Below, one piece after another: positions 17,334-28,200 of a stretch of DNA of 61,847 nt; positions within the stretch are counted from its first letter, which is position 1; the number at the start of each line of letters is the position of its first letter. Where the stretch lies: positions 1 to 61,847 of the forward strand of contig CANHFG010000004.1 of NCBI GenBank assembly GCA_947459875.1, written 5' to 3'. The notes beneath the pieces are model-generated. The model saw only the letters and a list, made by a program, of their open reading frames with translations, was not told the DNA's origin and ran no database searches. This DNA is from Ignavibacteria bacterium. GTDB lineage: Bacteria > Bacteroidota > Ignavibacteria > Kapaibacteriales > Kapaibacteriaceae. Made by a program: the position numbers and the translations under genes.

Positions 17334-19171
17334 ACGTACTGTTTGCTGCTTCGCGTCTGCTGCTGGTACTGCTTGCTGCCACATCGGCACTTCAGCACTT
17401 CGCCTCTGCACAGACGTCAACGACTCGAACATTTGCCAACGAGGAGGACAGCGATAAGTATCGCATGGCCGTGGCGTATGAGCGCACGGGTGATCTTCGC
17501 AATGCCGCGAGACTTTATCAGGAGTTGCATGCATCACAGCCCAACGCCAGCGCCTACTTTCAGGGTGTTGTCCGCACGTTGACGGCCCTTGGTCAGTACG
17601 CAGCGTTATTGCCGCTTGCGGAAAAGCATGCCAAGCTCATGGATTCGCCCAGCGTTGCGGTGCTCGTCGGCACGCTCTATGCGCGGCTGAATCGATCCGA
17701 GCAGGCTCGAACCTGGTGGGAGCAAGCACGGTCGCTCTCGGGTGACGACGAAGCCACGCTCGTGCAGATCGGACGTGACCAGATGGACGTGATGATGAAC
17801 GCCGATGCGCTGGAGACGTTTGTTGCGGCGCGGGGCAAGAATGGCTCTCCAACGGCCTATTCGGACGAGATATTCAAGCTGCGTTCGGCCTCCGGTGATG
17901 TATCGGGTGCGGTAGCCGATGTCCTTGCGGCGTTCAGGGTCGACGCAGATGCGATTTCGGCGGAACGAAGGCTAAGCGTTCTGCTTTCCTACGAGAATGG
18001 CGCGACGATCATTGCCGAGAATCTCGAGCAATTACCCACCACCGACCCGAAAAATCTCCGCCTTGCTGCGTGGTTCTTTCGCGAAACAAAACGCTGGCCG
18101 CAGGCCTACGAGTTCGTCACCAAGCTAGATGCCCTCACGGGTCAGCCCGGCATGGAACTTCTGGTCTTCGCCGATGCAGCGCGGACATCCGAAAACTATG
18201 ATATCGCCTTAAAGGCCTACGACGAAGTCGTGCGACGCGCCAAGGATGGCAGCCTCGTCATGTCGGCGGTCTTTGGTTCGGTTCGATGTCTGGAACTGCA
18301 GCTGCGCCTGAGGCGCAACCCCACGGCCGACGAGGCGCGGGAGATCATCAAGCGTTATGACGAGATCATCAGCCGATTTGCAAGCAACCCTGTTTCGGCC
18401 GATGCGCTCTACTTTTCGGCTTTGCTGCTCGATGAGGTGATCAGGGATATCGACGCTTCGCGAGACAGGCTGCTGCGTCTGCGCAGTGCCTGGCGGGCTT
18501 CACCGCGTGCCGTTGATGGTTCACTTCGACTTGCCGACATCTTCATCGTCATGGGCGATGATGCGCGTGCCCGGGAAGTACTCGCCGAGATCATCAGTGG
18601 CCCCAAGGGGCTTGTTGGCGACCGTGCAGATCTGGCACAGTTGAAGCTTGCCGACATGCTGCTCTGGAGCGGTGAGCTCGACTCTGCGAAAGCTCTCTAC
18701 ACGCCCCTTACCGAGTCAACAGGCTCGCTGGCATCGAATGATGCCATAGACCGCATGCTTCTGCTCAATCTTGCGCTTGATGATTCGGCCTCGGTGCGCT
18801 CGATCGCCAAGGCCGAGGGTCTGGTTGCGCGTCGCCGCCATGTCGAGGCCGTATCGGTGATCCGGGATGCCGTAAGTCGCATTCGAGATGCAGACATGCG
18901 CGACCGTTCCCTGCTTCTCTGTGCACGCAGCTATGTGGCGGTCGGCGACAGTGTGAACGCCATCGCGACGCTTAAAAAGATCATTGAATCGAGTTCAGAG
19001 TCGATCTACGGCGATCGCGCCATGTGGCTCTATGCCGACCTTGTCATCGCCCAGCGTGATAGCCGTCAGGCGATCACCATTCTCGAGACTCTCCTTCGCA
19101 ATTATCCACGATCCATCATTGCTCCCGATGCACGTGAACGCATACGCCGGCTGCGTGGCGATCTCAAGTGA
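17330..19171 (+). CDS. Secreted tetratricopeptide-repeat protein
   Basis: ORF 17321-19171. The GTG at 17330 forms a GTGA overlap with the upstream stop and gives the signal peptide MNVLFAASRLLLVLLAATSALQHFASAQ. Repeated A/L/Y-rich TPR-like helices run throughout. Confidence 0.6.
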   Translation: MNVLFAASRLLLVLLAATSALQHFASAQTSTTRTFANEEDSDKYRMAVAYERTGDLRNAARLYQELHASQPNASAYFQGVVRTLTALGQYAALLPLAEKHAKLMDSPSVAVLVGTLYARLNRSEQARTWWEQARSLSGDDEATLVQIGRDQMDVMMNADALETFVAARGKNGSPTAYSDEIFKLRSASGDVSGAVADVLAAFRVDADAISAERRLSVLLSYENGATIIAENLEQLPTTDPKNLRLAAWFFRETKRWPQAYEFVTKLDALTGQPGMELLVFADAARTSENYDIALKAYDEVVRRAKDGSLVMSAVFGSVRCLELQLRLRRNPTADEAREIIKRYDEIISRFASNPVSADALYFSALLLDEVIRDIDASRDRLLRLRSAWRASPRAVDGSLRLADIFIVMGDDARAREVLAEIISGPKGLVGDRADLAQLKLADMLLWSGELDSAKALYTPLTESTGSLASNDAIDRMLLLNLALDDSASVRSIAKAEGLVARRRHVEAVSVIRDAVSRIRDADMRDRSLLLCARSYVAVGDSVNAIATLKKIIESSSESIYGDRAMWLYADLVIAQRDSRQAITILETLLRNYPRSIIAPDARERIRRLRGDLK

Positions 19172-19201
19172 TCACCTTCGAGCAGTGAAGAAAGTTTACC
19201 C

Positions 19202-20914
19202 ATGTCTCAGTTGACATTCTCACAGCTTCCCTACCAGCGTCCGGATTGCGCCGAGCTGACATCACGGTCACATGCGCTCGTTGAGCGCATCACGTCCGCC
19301 AACACCAGCGAGGAAGTGCTGTCCTGCGTTGACGCATGGAACGCACTGCGGATCAGCACCTACACCATGGCCTCGTTGGCTGAGGTGAAGTTCACACAGA
19401 ACGTCGCCGACGAGCAGGCAAAAGCTGAGAAGCTCTTTTTCGACGAAAACGGCCCAACGATCACCGAGCTGGATATCGCTGTGTCACAAGCTCTACTGGC
19501 CTCCCCATATCGGCAGGCCATCGATGAACGATTTGGTTCGTTGTTTCTCACCCGATTGAAAAACTCGACGCTGACCTTCGACCCCTCGATAAAGGAGATC
19601 ATTGTTCAGGAGTCGGAGCTCTGCACTCGATACAACGAGATCACAGCGTCGGCAAAGATTGATGTTGATGGTCAGACGTATAATCTTTCGACCATTCAGC
19701 GGCTGGTTATCGATCCTGACGCAGGCCTACGAAAGAGGGCCTATTCGGCTATGGGGGCCTTCCTGCTTGATAACGCCCCGGAACTCGATGAGATCTTTGA
19801 CAAACTCGTCAAGCTCCGTGCAAAGAAGGCCGCACAGCTCGGCTATGCTTCGTACACGGACTTCCGCTACATCGAGTTCGGTAGGGTCGATTACACGGCG
19901 GCAGACGTCGAGAAGTTCCGCAATCAGGTCCTGGAACACGTCGTGCCTCTTGCCGCAAAGCTTCGTCAGGCACAGGCGCAGCGTCTCGGCATGACGTCGA
20001 TGACGGCGGCTGATGAAAAGCTGCAGTTCATTGATGGCAACCCGGTTGCTTCAGGAGACCATGACTGGATCGTTGAACGTGCCTCGCGCATGTACAGCGA
20101 ACTTTCACCCGAGACGAACGAGTTCTTCCAGCTCATGCTGAGCAGTGATCTCATGGATCTCAAAAGCCGCGACAATAAGGCCACCGGTGGTTACTGCACC
20201 AGTTTCTCGGCCTATGGCCTGCCGTTCATCTTCGCGAACTTCAACCGCACCACGCATGACATCGAAGTCCTTACGCACGAGGCCGGTCATGCATTCCAGG
20301 CCTATCGCAGCCGGAATCTGCCCGTGCCGGAGTACTTCTGGCCAACGGCCGAGGCCTGCGAGATCCATTCGATGGGCATGGAGTTCCTTACCTGGCCATG
20401 GATGAATCTATTTTTTGAGGACCAGACCGAGAAGTTCAAGTTTTATCACCTTCAAGGCGCGTTGCTGTTCCTCCCGTATGGATGTGCGGTGGATCACTTT
20501 CAGCACTGGATCTACGCCAATCCCGATGCCACCCCGCTTGAGCGTAACGCGCAGTGGCGAGAGATGGAAAAAATGTACCTGCCATGGCGCAATCCCGAAG
20601 GATTCCCGGCCTCCGAGCAGGGGCGCATCTGGCAGTTCCAGCGTCACATCTACGAGATGCCGTTCTACTACATCGACTACGCCCTGGCGCAAACATGTGC
20701 TCTTCATTACTGGAAGTGGTCGGAGAAGGACCGCGACGCGGCGTTTAGCTCATACCTGTCGATCTGTGACGTTGGCGGCTCGAAGCCCTTTCTGGGGATC
20801 GTCGAAACCGGTTCGCTGACGTCGCCCTTCAGTGATGGATGCCTTCGCGATATCGTGGACTATTCCTACTCCGTCCTTCGAGACCGTCATCCGGACTTTA
20901 TGATGGGTAATTGA
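19202..20914 (+). CDS. pepF: M3 family oligoendopeptidase F
   Basis: The zinc motif is THEAGHAFQ (HExxH) with a downstream E. The length of 570 aa and overall pattern fit PepF. Confidence 0.85.
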   Translation: MSQLTFSQLPYQRPDCAELTSRSHALVERITSANTSEEVLSCVDAWNALRISTYTMASLAEVKFTQNVADEQAKAEKLFFDENGPTITELDIAVSQALLASPYRQAIDERFGSLFLTRLKNSTLTFDPSIKEIIVQESELCTRYNEITASAKIDVDGQTYNLSTIQRLVIDPDAGLRKRAYSAMGAFLLDNAPELDEIFDKLVKLRAKKAAQLGYASYTDFRYIEFGRVDYTAADVEKFRNQVLEHVVPLAAKLRQAQAQRLGMTSMTAADEKLQFIDGNPVASGDHDWIVERASRMYSELSPETNEFFQLMLSSDLMDLKSRDNKATGGYCTSFSAYGLPFIFANFNRTTHDIEVLTHEAGHAFQAYRSRNLPVPEYFWPTAEACEIHSMGMEFLTWPWMNLFFEDQTEKFKFYHLQGALLFLPYGCAVDHFQHWIYANPDATPLERNAQWREMEKMYLPWRNPEGFPASEQGRIWQFQRHIYEMPFYYIDYALAQTCALHYWKWSEKDRDAAFSSYLSICDVGGSKPFLGIVETGSLTSPFSDGCLRDIVDYSYSVLRDRHPDFMMGN

Positions 20915-20947
20915 CGAGATTATCACTTCGTCATATTTCCTATGATT

Positions 20948-20992
20948 AGCCCCCTGACACGCAAGCAATAAGGTGTCAGGGGGCTCTTTTTT
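20948..20992 (+). terminator. Rho-independent terminator after pepF
   Basis: A perfect 13-bp stem (agccccctgacac at 20948-20960, gtgtcagggggct at 20973-20985) has a 12-nt loop and is followed by cTTTTTT. Confidence 0.85.
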
Positions 20993-21052
20993 GATATTTT
21001 TGCCGCTATTGAGTATGTAAACCATCTCCTTCCACATCATGCGGTTAATCGT

Positions 21053-24000
21053 ATGAAACGTTTTCACGTTTTGCTTTCGCTGGTCTGTTGCGTCGTGCTT
21101 CTAAGCTCACCGCGCGTGTACGGTCAGTCACAGCCCCTTTCGACATGGTCGCTCAGCAGCGGTAACTACACCTTTACCGACTGGCTGAACACCAATCCAG
21201 CGGGCACCTACCCGACGGCGATGATGTTCCACATGGTGGCCAACATCGATGCTCCAGCGACCGAGCCGGTTGTCGGAGACTTTAATTGCGCCTACAATAT
21301 CACCAGCGGCGCCCGCATCAATGGTCTGGGAACCGGAGGGTTGGCCTTCATCAACACGGGCTCGACGCAGTGTAACTGCAACTTCGTCGGCGCAGCCGTC
21401 CTTGCGCTCAATACCGTAGGCCGGGCACAGATCGGTGTGACGTGGACGTCATCGGTGAACAGTGCTGGTTCGCGGCCTTATGCGCTGCGTCTGCAGTATC
21501 GTCTGAACACAACAGGGCCGTGGTTGGAAGTCCTCAGCAATGGGGTTCCAACGGAGTACGTTGCCCCGCTGAACACCTCCGGTGTTGCTACGCAGCGCAC
21601 GATCAGTGCAACACTGCCAACCATATGTGAGAATCAGCCGCTCGTGCAGCTGCGCTGGGTCTACTATCAGGCACCGGTCTTCTCATCCGGCTCGCGTCAG
21701 GGCATCACGTTTGATCAACTGACGGTGTCCTCAAACTCGACCACAGGGGTGGCCACGAACCTTGCAATCGAGAACGTCGTTCCGGTGAGCCCATCACAGA
21801 ACACGGGCTTTTCTCTGCGTGTTCGTGCTGTTGATGCTCTTGGAGCAGCAAAGAACGTCACAACGGCGACGACGGTTTCGCTTGGCGTCAACAGTGGGAC
21901 TGGATTTGTCTCGGGGACCATCACCGGAACTATTCCGGCAGGGCAGAGTTTCGTTGATCTGACAAACGTCAGCTATAGCGTCGCAGAGCCGGGTGTTTCG
22001 CTGCGTGCAACTGCCATAGCTGGCCAGGCCCTTACGCAGGGCGTAACCGCTCCGATCACAGTAACGGGGCCGCCGGCCTACGCTTCACTCGCAGGCGTGC
22101 AGACTGCGGCCTATGCCGGAGTTCCAATGAACCCGCTTACGGTTACAGTGTTCCGTCCGGACAACGCGGTCGATGCCAATTACGCGTCAAACATCACGGT
22201 CACACTTGTTTCGGGTCCGGGAGTCGTTACCGGCACACCAACGGTGCAGGCCGGAGCTGGAGTTGCCGTCTTCTCGAACCTCGTCGTCACTGCTCCCGGC
22301 ACGTACGAACTCGCGGTCAACATCCCCGGTGTGCCTCAGCTTCGTCTACCAACGATTGTTGCCTCGGCCGCCCCTTCGATGACCACCGACATCGTCCCGC
22401 AGTTTATCCACGCACGCGTGGCATCGGGAACGTGTAATTCTTCAACGTCGGCCTTCCCCATTCCCGTGTTTGCCAGGGTCACATTCACCAACCTTACGCC
22501 AAACACGACCTATCGCTACAATACCGGACTTGCCACCGATGCCGTTCTGACCTCTACAGGCGGCGGGTTCAACATTCACTACAATGCGAATGATGATTCG
22601 TACTTCTACGCTGCGGGCAAGTCCCTGACCAATGCCGGTGAGTTCTCGACGTTCTCGACACTGCCAGGTCAGACATCGCGATCGGTCTGGATCAACCTCG
22701 TCACCTCCACGAACGCTGCCTTCCAGGAAGGTGGAACGATCTTCTGGCGCGTTGCTCTCGGTGATAACAACGGAAACCTCATCAATCGATTCCAGCTGTC
22801 ACAAACCTCCGTCGCTCTTCGCATGGGTACACTTCCGACGCAGGCCACAGGCATTGCTGACGATAACTCGCAGCTGACGGAAAAGAACTACGTTGTTCTC
22901 TATGACAACACCGCTGGTTCTGGGCGTCCGGTTGCTGTGGCGCTGGTTCAGCGTTCCGGGGCAACGGTCTCTGGCGCGGAGTCGTTTTATGCCACTCTCC
23001 AGACAATGCCGTCATCATGGGCGACATTCATTCCGAATAGCCTTGCCACTGGTATTCGTCGAATCGAGGAGCGTAATGCCACAACCAACGCGATTGTAAA
23101 CGTGATCACGTCGGTTGATGGTTTATGGAACGGCGTGCAGACGAACCCCTCCGATTTTGTTGCCTATCCACTTGGACCGGGCGGTTTCTCTCGTCCGATC
23201 ATCATGCAGACGCCGCGTATCTCGATCTCCAGTCCAACACTGGGTGACACGCTGTGCTCGGGTTCCGTCTCAACGGCCCGCTTCGTTGCGCGAGGCATGG
23301 CAAACGTCGACGTTCAGTTTTCATCGAACAACGGCGCTTCATGGCAGTCCATGGGCATCGTGCCGGCCACGTCGACGTCGGTGAACTGGACGGTGCCTGC
23401 CGTTGAGTTCTCGGGTCAATGTCTGGTGCGTATCGTTGGTGTTGATCGTCCGGAGATCAGTGCCACTTCCCTGCCTTTCGCCGTCGGTTCGAGAGTCGTT
23501 GTGGTTTCCCAACCGCAATCGAAGAACATGTGCGTGGGCGAGCGTTATTCGATGGTCGCCATCACCAGCGGCGCAGTACGGAACTACCAGTGGTACAAGG
23601 ACGGGATCGTTATCGATAACGCTACCGGACCTCTGTTCGAGATCGACCGTGCTCAGTACAACACATCTGGTGTCTATCACTGCGAGCTGTGGGGATTTGG
23701 TCAGTGCGGAAACACCCGTACGGCTGAAGTACACATCCGTGTGGCGCGTCCGACGCAGATCGTGAACCAGACTCGCAATGCAGCCGTCCAACTCGGTGGA
23801 ACAGCCGTTCTGACGGTCGAGGCAGAGTTCCCGAACGAAGCAATCAGCTATCAGTGGTACAAGGGTCAGCAGATGCTTGCCGATAATGGCCGCATCGTGG
23901 GGACGAATTCGAGCCGCCTGGAAGTCCGTAAGGTTACCAATGCCGATCTCGGAACGGATTACTATTGTGTGGTCACCGGCGTCTGCGGCAGCGCAACTTC

Positions 24001-25114
24001 GCGTAACGCTCGCGTTCAGACCACAGGTGTGTTTGTTGATTTTGCGCAAAACACCGTCACGGTCTGTGATGGAAAGAAGGCCGTTATCGAAGGCATGGCC
24101 TACACCAACCCGCCGGCCGGTGAACTTCGTGTTCAGTGGTGGTACAAAGGGGCTCCCCTTGCCGAAGGAGGACGCTATGCCGGAACGCAGACAACCACAC
24201 TGACGATCGATCCGACGACTCCGGAAGACATTGGCGAGTACACGTTGTATGCTGAACTGGCAAACAACAGCAACGTCAATGCACTTGGATCGGTAAGTCT
24301 TGTAATTGGCGGTACGCCGACGATCACAACACAGCCGATCAATAACACCACCTGCGAAGGCGAAGCCTTTACACTCTCGGTCGCTGCCACCGGTACGGGT
24401 GCGATCAGCTATCAGTGGCTTTTCAACGGACAGCCGATCTCCGGTGAGGTTTCTCCGACACTCACCCTCAGTGCCACGAAGGCGCGCCAGGGCGATTATA
24501 CCGTCGAGGTAAAGACCGCATGCTCGTCCGTCGTTTCCCGGCCAGCCACCGTGACTGTCCGCGATGCAACAAAGATCACCCAGCAGCCTCCAGCAACGGT
24601 TGCAGCGACGGTTGGTCAGCCCCTTACCATCACTCTAGCGGCGACCGGCTCGGGAACGCTACAGTATCAGTGGTTCAAGGACGGCGCAGCTCTGACCGGC
24701 GAGGTCACACCGACGTATACCAAGGCAGCCTATGCCATTGCCGACGAAGGCAAGTACTGGTGCCGCGTGCGCTCGGAGTGTGGTGAGGTGATCTCTGATA
24801 CCACGACAGTTACCACCAGGCCTGGTGTGGTGAGCGTTGATGATGAGGACGGTGCCGTTGCCGGTTATTCGGTTTCGCCGAATCCGGGGTCGGCAGCGAT
24901 GAGTGCCCGCCTGGCGCTGGCCGAGTCGTCACACGTTGTTGTAACGCTGATGAACCTCACCGGTGAAACGGTGATGAGCATTGCGGACATGCGTCTGATG
25001 TCAGGAGAACACGTTCTGCCGTTCAATGTTTCAGAGATCGCAGCCGGTACGTACCAGCTGCTTGCCATGATCAACGGTCAGGCCATGACGCGCACAGTTG
25101 TGATCATTAAGTAG
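21053..25114 (+). CDS. Giant secreted surface protein: unknown N-domain, Big-like repeats, five Ig (I-set-like) repeats and a T9SS C-terminal sorting domain
   Basis: The signal peptide is MKRFHVLLSLVCCVVLLSSPRVYGQ. Five repeats at aa ~815-1257 (nt ~23495-24823) carry YQW(Y/F)K(D)G...G.Y.C.V..(C)G motifs. The C-terminus YSVSPNPGSAAMSARLALAESSHVVVTLMNLTGETV...AGTYQLLAMINGQAMTRTVVIIK (nt ~24863-25111) looks like a Por_Secre_tail. Confidence 0.8.
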   Translation: MKRFHVLLSLVCCVVLLSSPRVYGQSQPLSTWSLSSGNYTFTDWLNTNPAGTYPTAMMFHMVANIDAPATEPVVGDFNCAYNITSGARINGLGTGGLAFINTGSTQCNCNFVGAAVLALNTVGRAQIGVTWTSSVNSAGSRPYALRLQYRLNTTGPWLEVLSNGVPTEYVAPLNTSGVATQRTISATLPTICENQPLVQLRWVYYQAPVFSSGSRQGITFDQLTVSSNSTTGVATNLAIENVVPVSPSQNTGFSLRVRAVDALGAAKNVTTATTVSLGVNSGTGFVSGTITGTIPAGQSFVDLTNVSYSVAEPGVSLRATAIAGQALTQGVTAPITVTGPPAYASLAGVQTAAYAGVPMNPLTVTVFRPDNAVDANYASNITVTLVSGPGVVTGTPTVQAGAGVAVFSNLVVTAPGTYELAVNIPGVPQLRLPTIVASAAPSMTTDIVPQFIHARVASGTCNSSTSAFPIPVFARVTFTNLTPNTTYRYNTGLATDAVLTSTGGGFNIHYNANDDSYFYAAGKSLTNAGEFSTFSTLPGQTSRSVWINLVTSTNAAFQEGGTIFWRVALGDNNGNLINRFQLSQTSVALRMGTLPTQATGIADDNSQLTEKNYVVLYDNTAGSGRPVAVALVQRSGATVSGAESFYATLQTMPSSWATFIPNSLATGIRRIEERNATTNAIVNVITSVDGLWNGVQTNPSDFVAYPLGPGGFSRPIIMQTPRISISSPTLGDTLCSGSVSTARFVARGMANVDVQFSSNNGASWQSMGIVPATSTSVNWTVPAVEFSGQCLVRIVGVDRPEISATSLPFAVGSRVVVVSQPQSKNMCVGERYSMVAITSGAVRNYQWYKDGIVIDNATGPLFEIDRAQYNTSGVYHCELWGFGQCGNTRTAEVHIRVARPTQIVNQTRNAAVQLGGTAVLTVEAEFPNEAISYQWYKGQQMLADNGRIVGTNSSRLEVRKVTNADLGTDYYCVVTGVCGSATSRNARVQTTGVFVDFAQNTVTVCDGKKAVIEGMAYTNPPAGELRVQWWYKGAPLAEGGRYAGTQTTTLTIDPTTPEDIGEYTLYAELANNSNVNALGSVSLVIGGTPTITTQPINNTTCEGEAFTLSVAATGTGAISYQWLFNGQPISGEVSPTLTLSATKARQGDYTVEVKTACSSVVSRPATVTVRDATKITQQPPATVAATVGQPLTITLAATGSGTLQYQWFKDGAALTGEVTPTYTKAAYAIADEGKYWCRVRSECGEVISDTTTVTTRPGVVSVDDEDGAVAGYSVSPNPGSAAMSARLALAESSHVVVTLMNLTGETVMSIADMRLMSGEHVLPFNVSEIAAGTYQLLAMINGQAMTRTVVIIK

Positions 25115-25153
25115 TGATCCGACGAGCATCTGATTGAAGTTGTTCACACGGAA

Positions 25154-25184
25154 GGGGTATGCGCCAGCGCATGCCCCTTTTTTT
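25154..25184 (+). terminator. Rho-independent terminator after the 1353-aa gene
   Basis: The GC-rich hairpin ggggtatgcgc..gcgcatgcccc (one G-U pair) is followed by TTTTTTT (25178-25184). Confidence 0.75.
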
Positions 25185-25214
25185 GTAGAATCGCGGTGAT
25201 TTGAAAGCAAGGCA

Positions 25215-28200
25215 ATGAAGGCGTTAGCACGTATCTCTCTGTTGACCATGACCGCCCTGGCCAGCGTCTGTTCGATGTTGGCTCAGGAGATGGTGGTCAG
25301 CGAGTACTACAACATCCAGGACGTCAACAGCGAGTGGACGGAGCTGGTGGTAGTGGCCGATAATCTGAACGCTGTCGGGTGGATCCTCACGGATGCCAAT
25401 ACGGGCCAGGTCACCCGGCAGGGCGGTCCGCAGTTTCGTGATATTCCCCTGTGGCGCAACCTCAGAGCCGGAACGATCATCGTTCTGTGGCATCGCAGCA
25501 TTCCCGCCGGTTTTGTTCAGGACGCTGACCCGGCCGACGGTTATCTCGAGCTGTCGTCTCGCGATCCCAACTTTTTCATCACGTACTACTTTGCTGCGCC
25601 GAGTGATAATGCTGATCTCAATATCGCCGACGCCGGTGATGTGCTGCAGATTCTTAAATCAGATTTCTCTCATGTTCACGCTCTAGGACACAACAAGCCT
25701 ACCGGTGCGGCATACAATGCCATTGGCTCGCCTAAGGCCAACTTTGACTCCGGTACGGTCGGCGCTTCCCGGTCGAACCGTGTCACCGGGCGTTCGCTCG
25801 CGGCCTATGGTGTCGGCCTGACCAAAGATTCCGTGGTCGGCGGGTTCAACGATTCCCGAGGGCTGCCGAACCGATGGGATCTGGCTCGAACAAATCAGGG
25901 TGTAGCCAACATCAATCATTGGTTCTGGCGTGAAACGCGCGAACCGAAATGGACAGCGGCTCCGGCCGTTGCACTTGTGAGTCAGTCGGCCACAAGCAAT
26001 ACCATTGAGTGGACCGCGCTGGATGATCCAAACCCGCAGGACTCAACGACAGGGTACCTGATCCTTCGAGACACGCTTGGATTTGCGGGCTTTCCTGCAG
26101 GATCGATACGCGATGGTGCAAACATTGCGAAGGGTGCAAAACTCGGATCTGCGACGGTGCTGGATATTCGGCCCACGAAACTTGGACGTCGGCTTGTCGA
26201 TTCGATCAATATCCTGTGCGGTATGACCTACACCTATCGCGTGTACGGTTACCGGTATCGTCGAGACGACGTGTTGCCCGTTACCGATGACACTACCGCT
26301 CGCGGACGGCAATATGCGGATCAGCGCTGGGCGGAGTCATCGCCCATATCCAAGAGCAATCCTACGAAACCTGTCATACAGGCGTCGCGTCTGCAGATCT
26401 GTCCGGGTGACACCGTGACGCTTACCACGACGACAACCGATGCCGTTCTCTATGAGTGGACAGTAAATAACCAACCGGTACCCGTGGGCGGCACAACCCG
26501 CATCGTCGTGCGCTCTACCGGCGAGTACCGGCTTATCATCAGAGGCGCAGAGGGCTGCTCAGCTGTTTCAGATCCGATCACCATTACGGCTCTGCCAGCC
26601 CCTTCCGTAGAGATCCGACCATCGGGCACGCAGACGATATGTCGGGGCGACAGCGTGCTGCTAACGGCTCTGACGGTCGCCGCGTCGTATGAATGGCTGC
26701 GTGATGGTCAGCCCATACCGGGTGCCAAAGGCAACACGATCGTTGCCCGTTCAGAGGGTGACTATCAGGTACGAATCGCAACCGCGGCAGGGTGCCCGGG
26801 GATATCGCCGGCTGTGCGCATCCGCAATGTTGACGCGCGCTTCCGTGTCGAACCCGCAGTCGTGGACTTTGGGACGATCGGACAGTGCAAGACCGACACG
26901 ACGGTAGTCCTCGAGATCGTTAACCAGGGGCTTGCCGATCTGACCATTACCAATGCCAACCTCCCCGCCGGTTTTGCACTCGTTTCACCGGCGCCCGGTT
27001 TTCAGGTTCCTGCAGGCAAGCGTCAGTCCGTCACGCTTGTTTTCGCACCTTCAGCTCCGGGTACCATCAGCTTGCCGGCAAGTTTTCAGGCGCAACCATG
27101 TGGTGCATCAGCATCCTTCACCGTCAGGGGGCAACGCACGGCTGTCTCTGTTGCGTTGAACAAACCGGGTGTGGACTTCGGCACGTACACAGCTTGTCCA
27201 AATGGTGATGTCCGTCCCGACTCGACGTTCTGCGTTCGAAACTCCGGTACGGAGCCGATCATCATCGGCGTGCCGAGGGTTGATCCCCCGTTCTATCTGC
27301 TGACGGACATCCCGCGACCTGTTACCATTGCCCCCGGAGCGCAGTTCTGTATCAGCGTCATGTACCGTCCTCTAGGCCTGGACCTTGATCGCGGTGTCAT
27401 CCAGACGATAGCGTTTCCCTACAGTTCATCATCATGTCAGGACACTCTGCGCGCTCGTGTTCAGGCGGCATCGTATCGGCCGCGTGCCAAAGTCGAGGAA
27501 ACGCCGATAGATCTCGGCGTCGTGTTACAATGCGCCCGACGTGTGGATACGGTTATTCAGGTTTCCAACCCCTCGCTCGTGCCAATCACCGTGACGGGTG
27601 TGGATGGAGTCGATCTGCAGTTCGTTGGCTCTGCGATCACGATCGAACCGAAGGGAGTGCGAAATATTCCCGTAACGATCACGCCATCGGGCAATCCCGG
27701 TGCGTTCAGCATTGTTGCCAAGGTCTTGTACGGACCGTGTCAGGACGCCGAAGAGGTCCAGTTTGACGGACTGCTTCTTGATGCGAGCTATCAGGTAGGC
27801 AGCGCAGAGATCAACTTTGGTGATGTTGTTCTGTGTCGAGATTCCAGTCGCAGCCTCCGTTTTGCGCTCACCGCGCGTGGACTCTCCGGCCTGCGATCAC
27901 GGCTGCGTCTGCTGCGGGTAGCATCTCCATTTCGCTCGAGCGTTCAAAGCGGAGCGAGTTTCCGTGACTCACTCGAGATAGACGTAACCTTTGCACCTCT
28001 GTCAGAAGGCGCGTTCGTCGACACCATCGTGATGCAGATCGAACCCTGTGGCATCGAACGTCGCGTGATCCTTCGAGGACGGGGCGTCCTACCGCGTCGA
28101 ACAACCACGATCCTCTCACCGGACTTTGGAATGATCGGCCAAGGCGGTGCGGTGACGCGAACGCTACTGATCACCAATACCGGTCAGACCCCGATCGATG

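Noticed and set aside
16644-17537. A 297-aa minus-strand ORF (and 16778-17398) antisense to the M24 peptidase and TPR genes
   Set aside because: It overlaps well-supported plus-strand genes, has no motifs and has a biased R/P/C composition.
23339-24049. A 236-aa minus-strand ORF inside the Ig-repeat region of the giant gene
   Set aside because: The plus-strand frame shows five clean Ig-like repeats across this span. The antisense product has no features.
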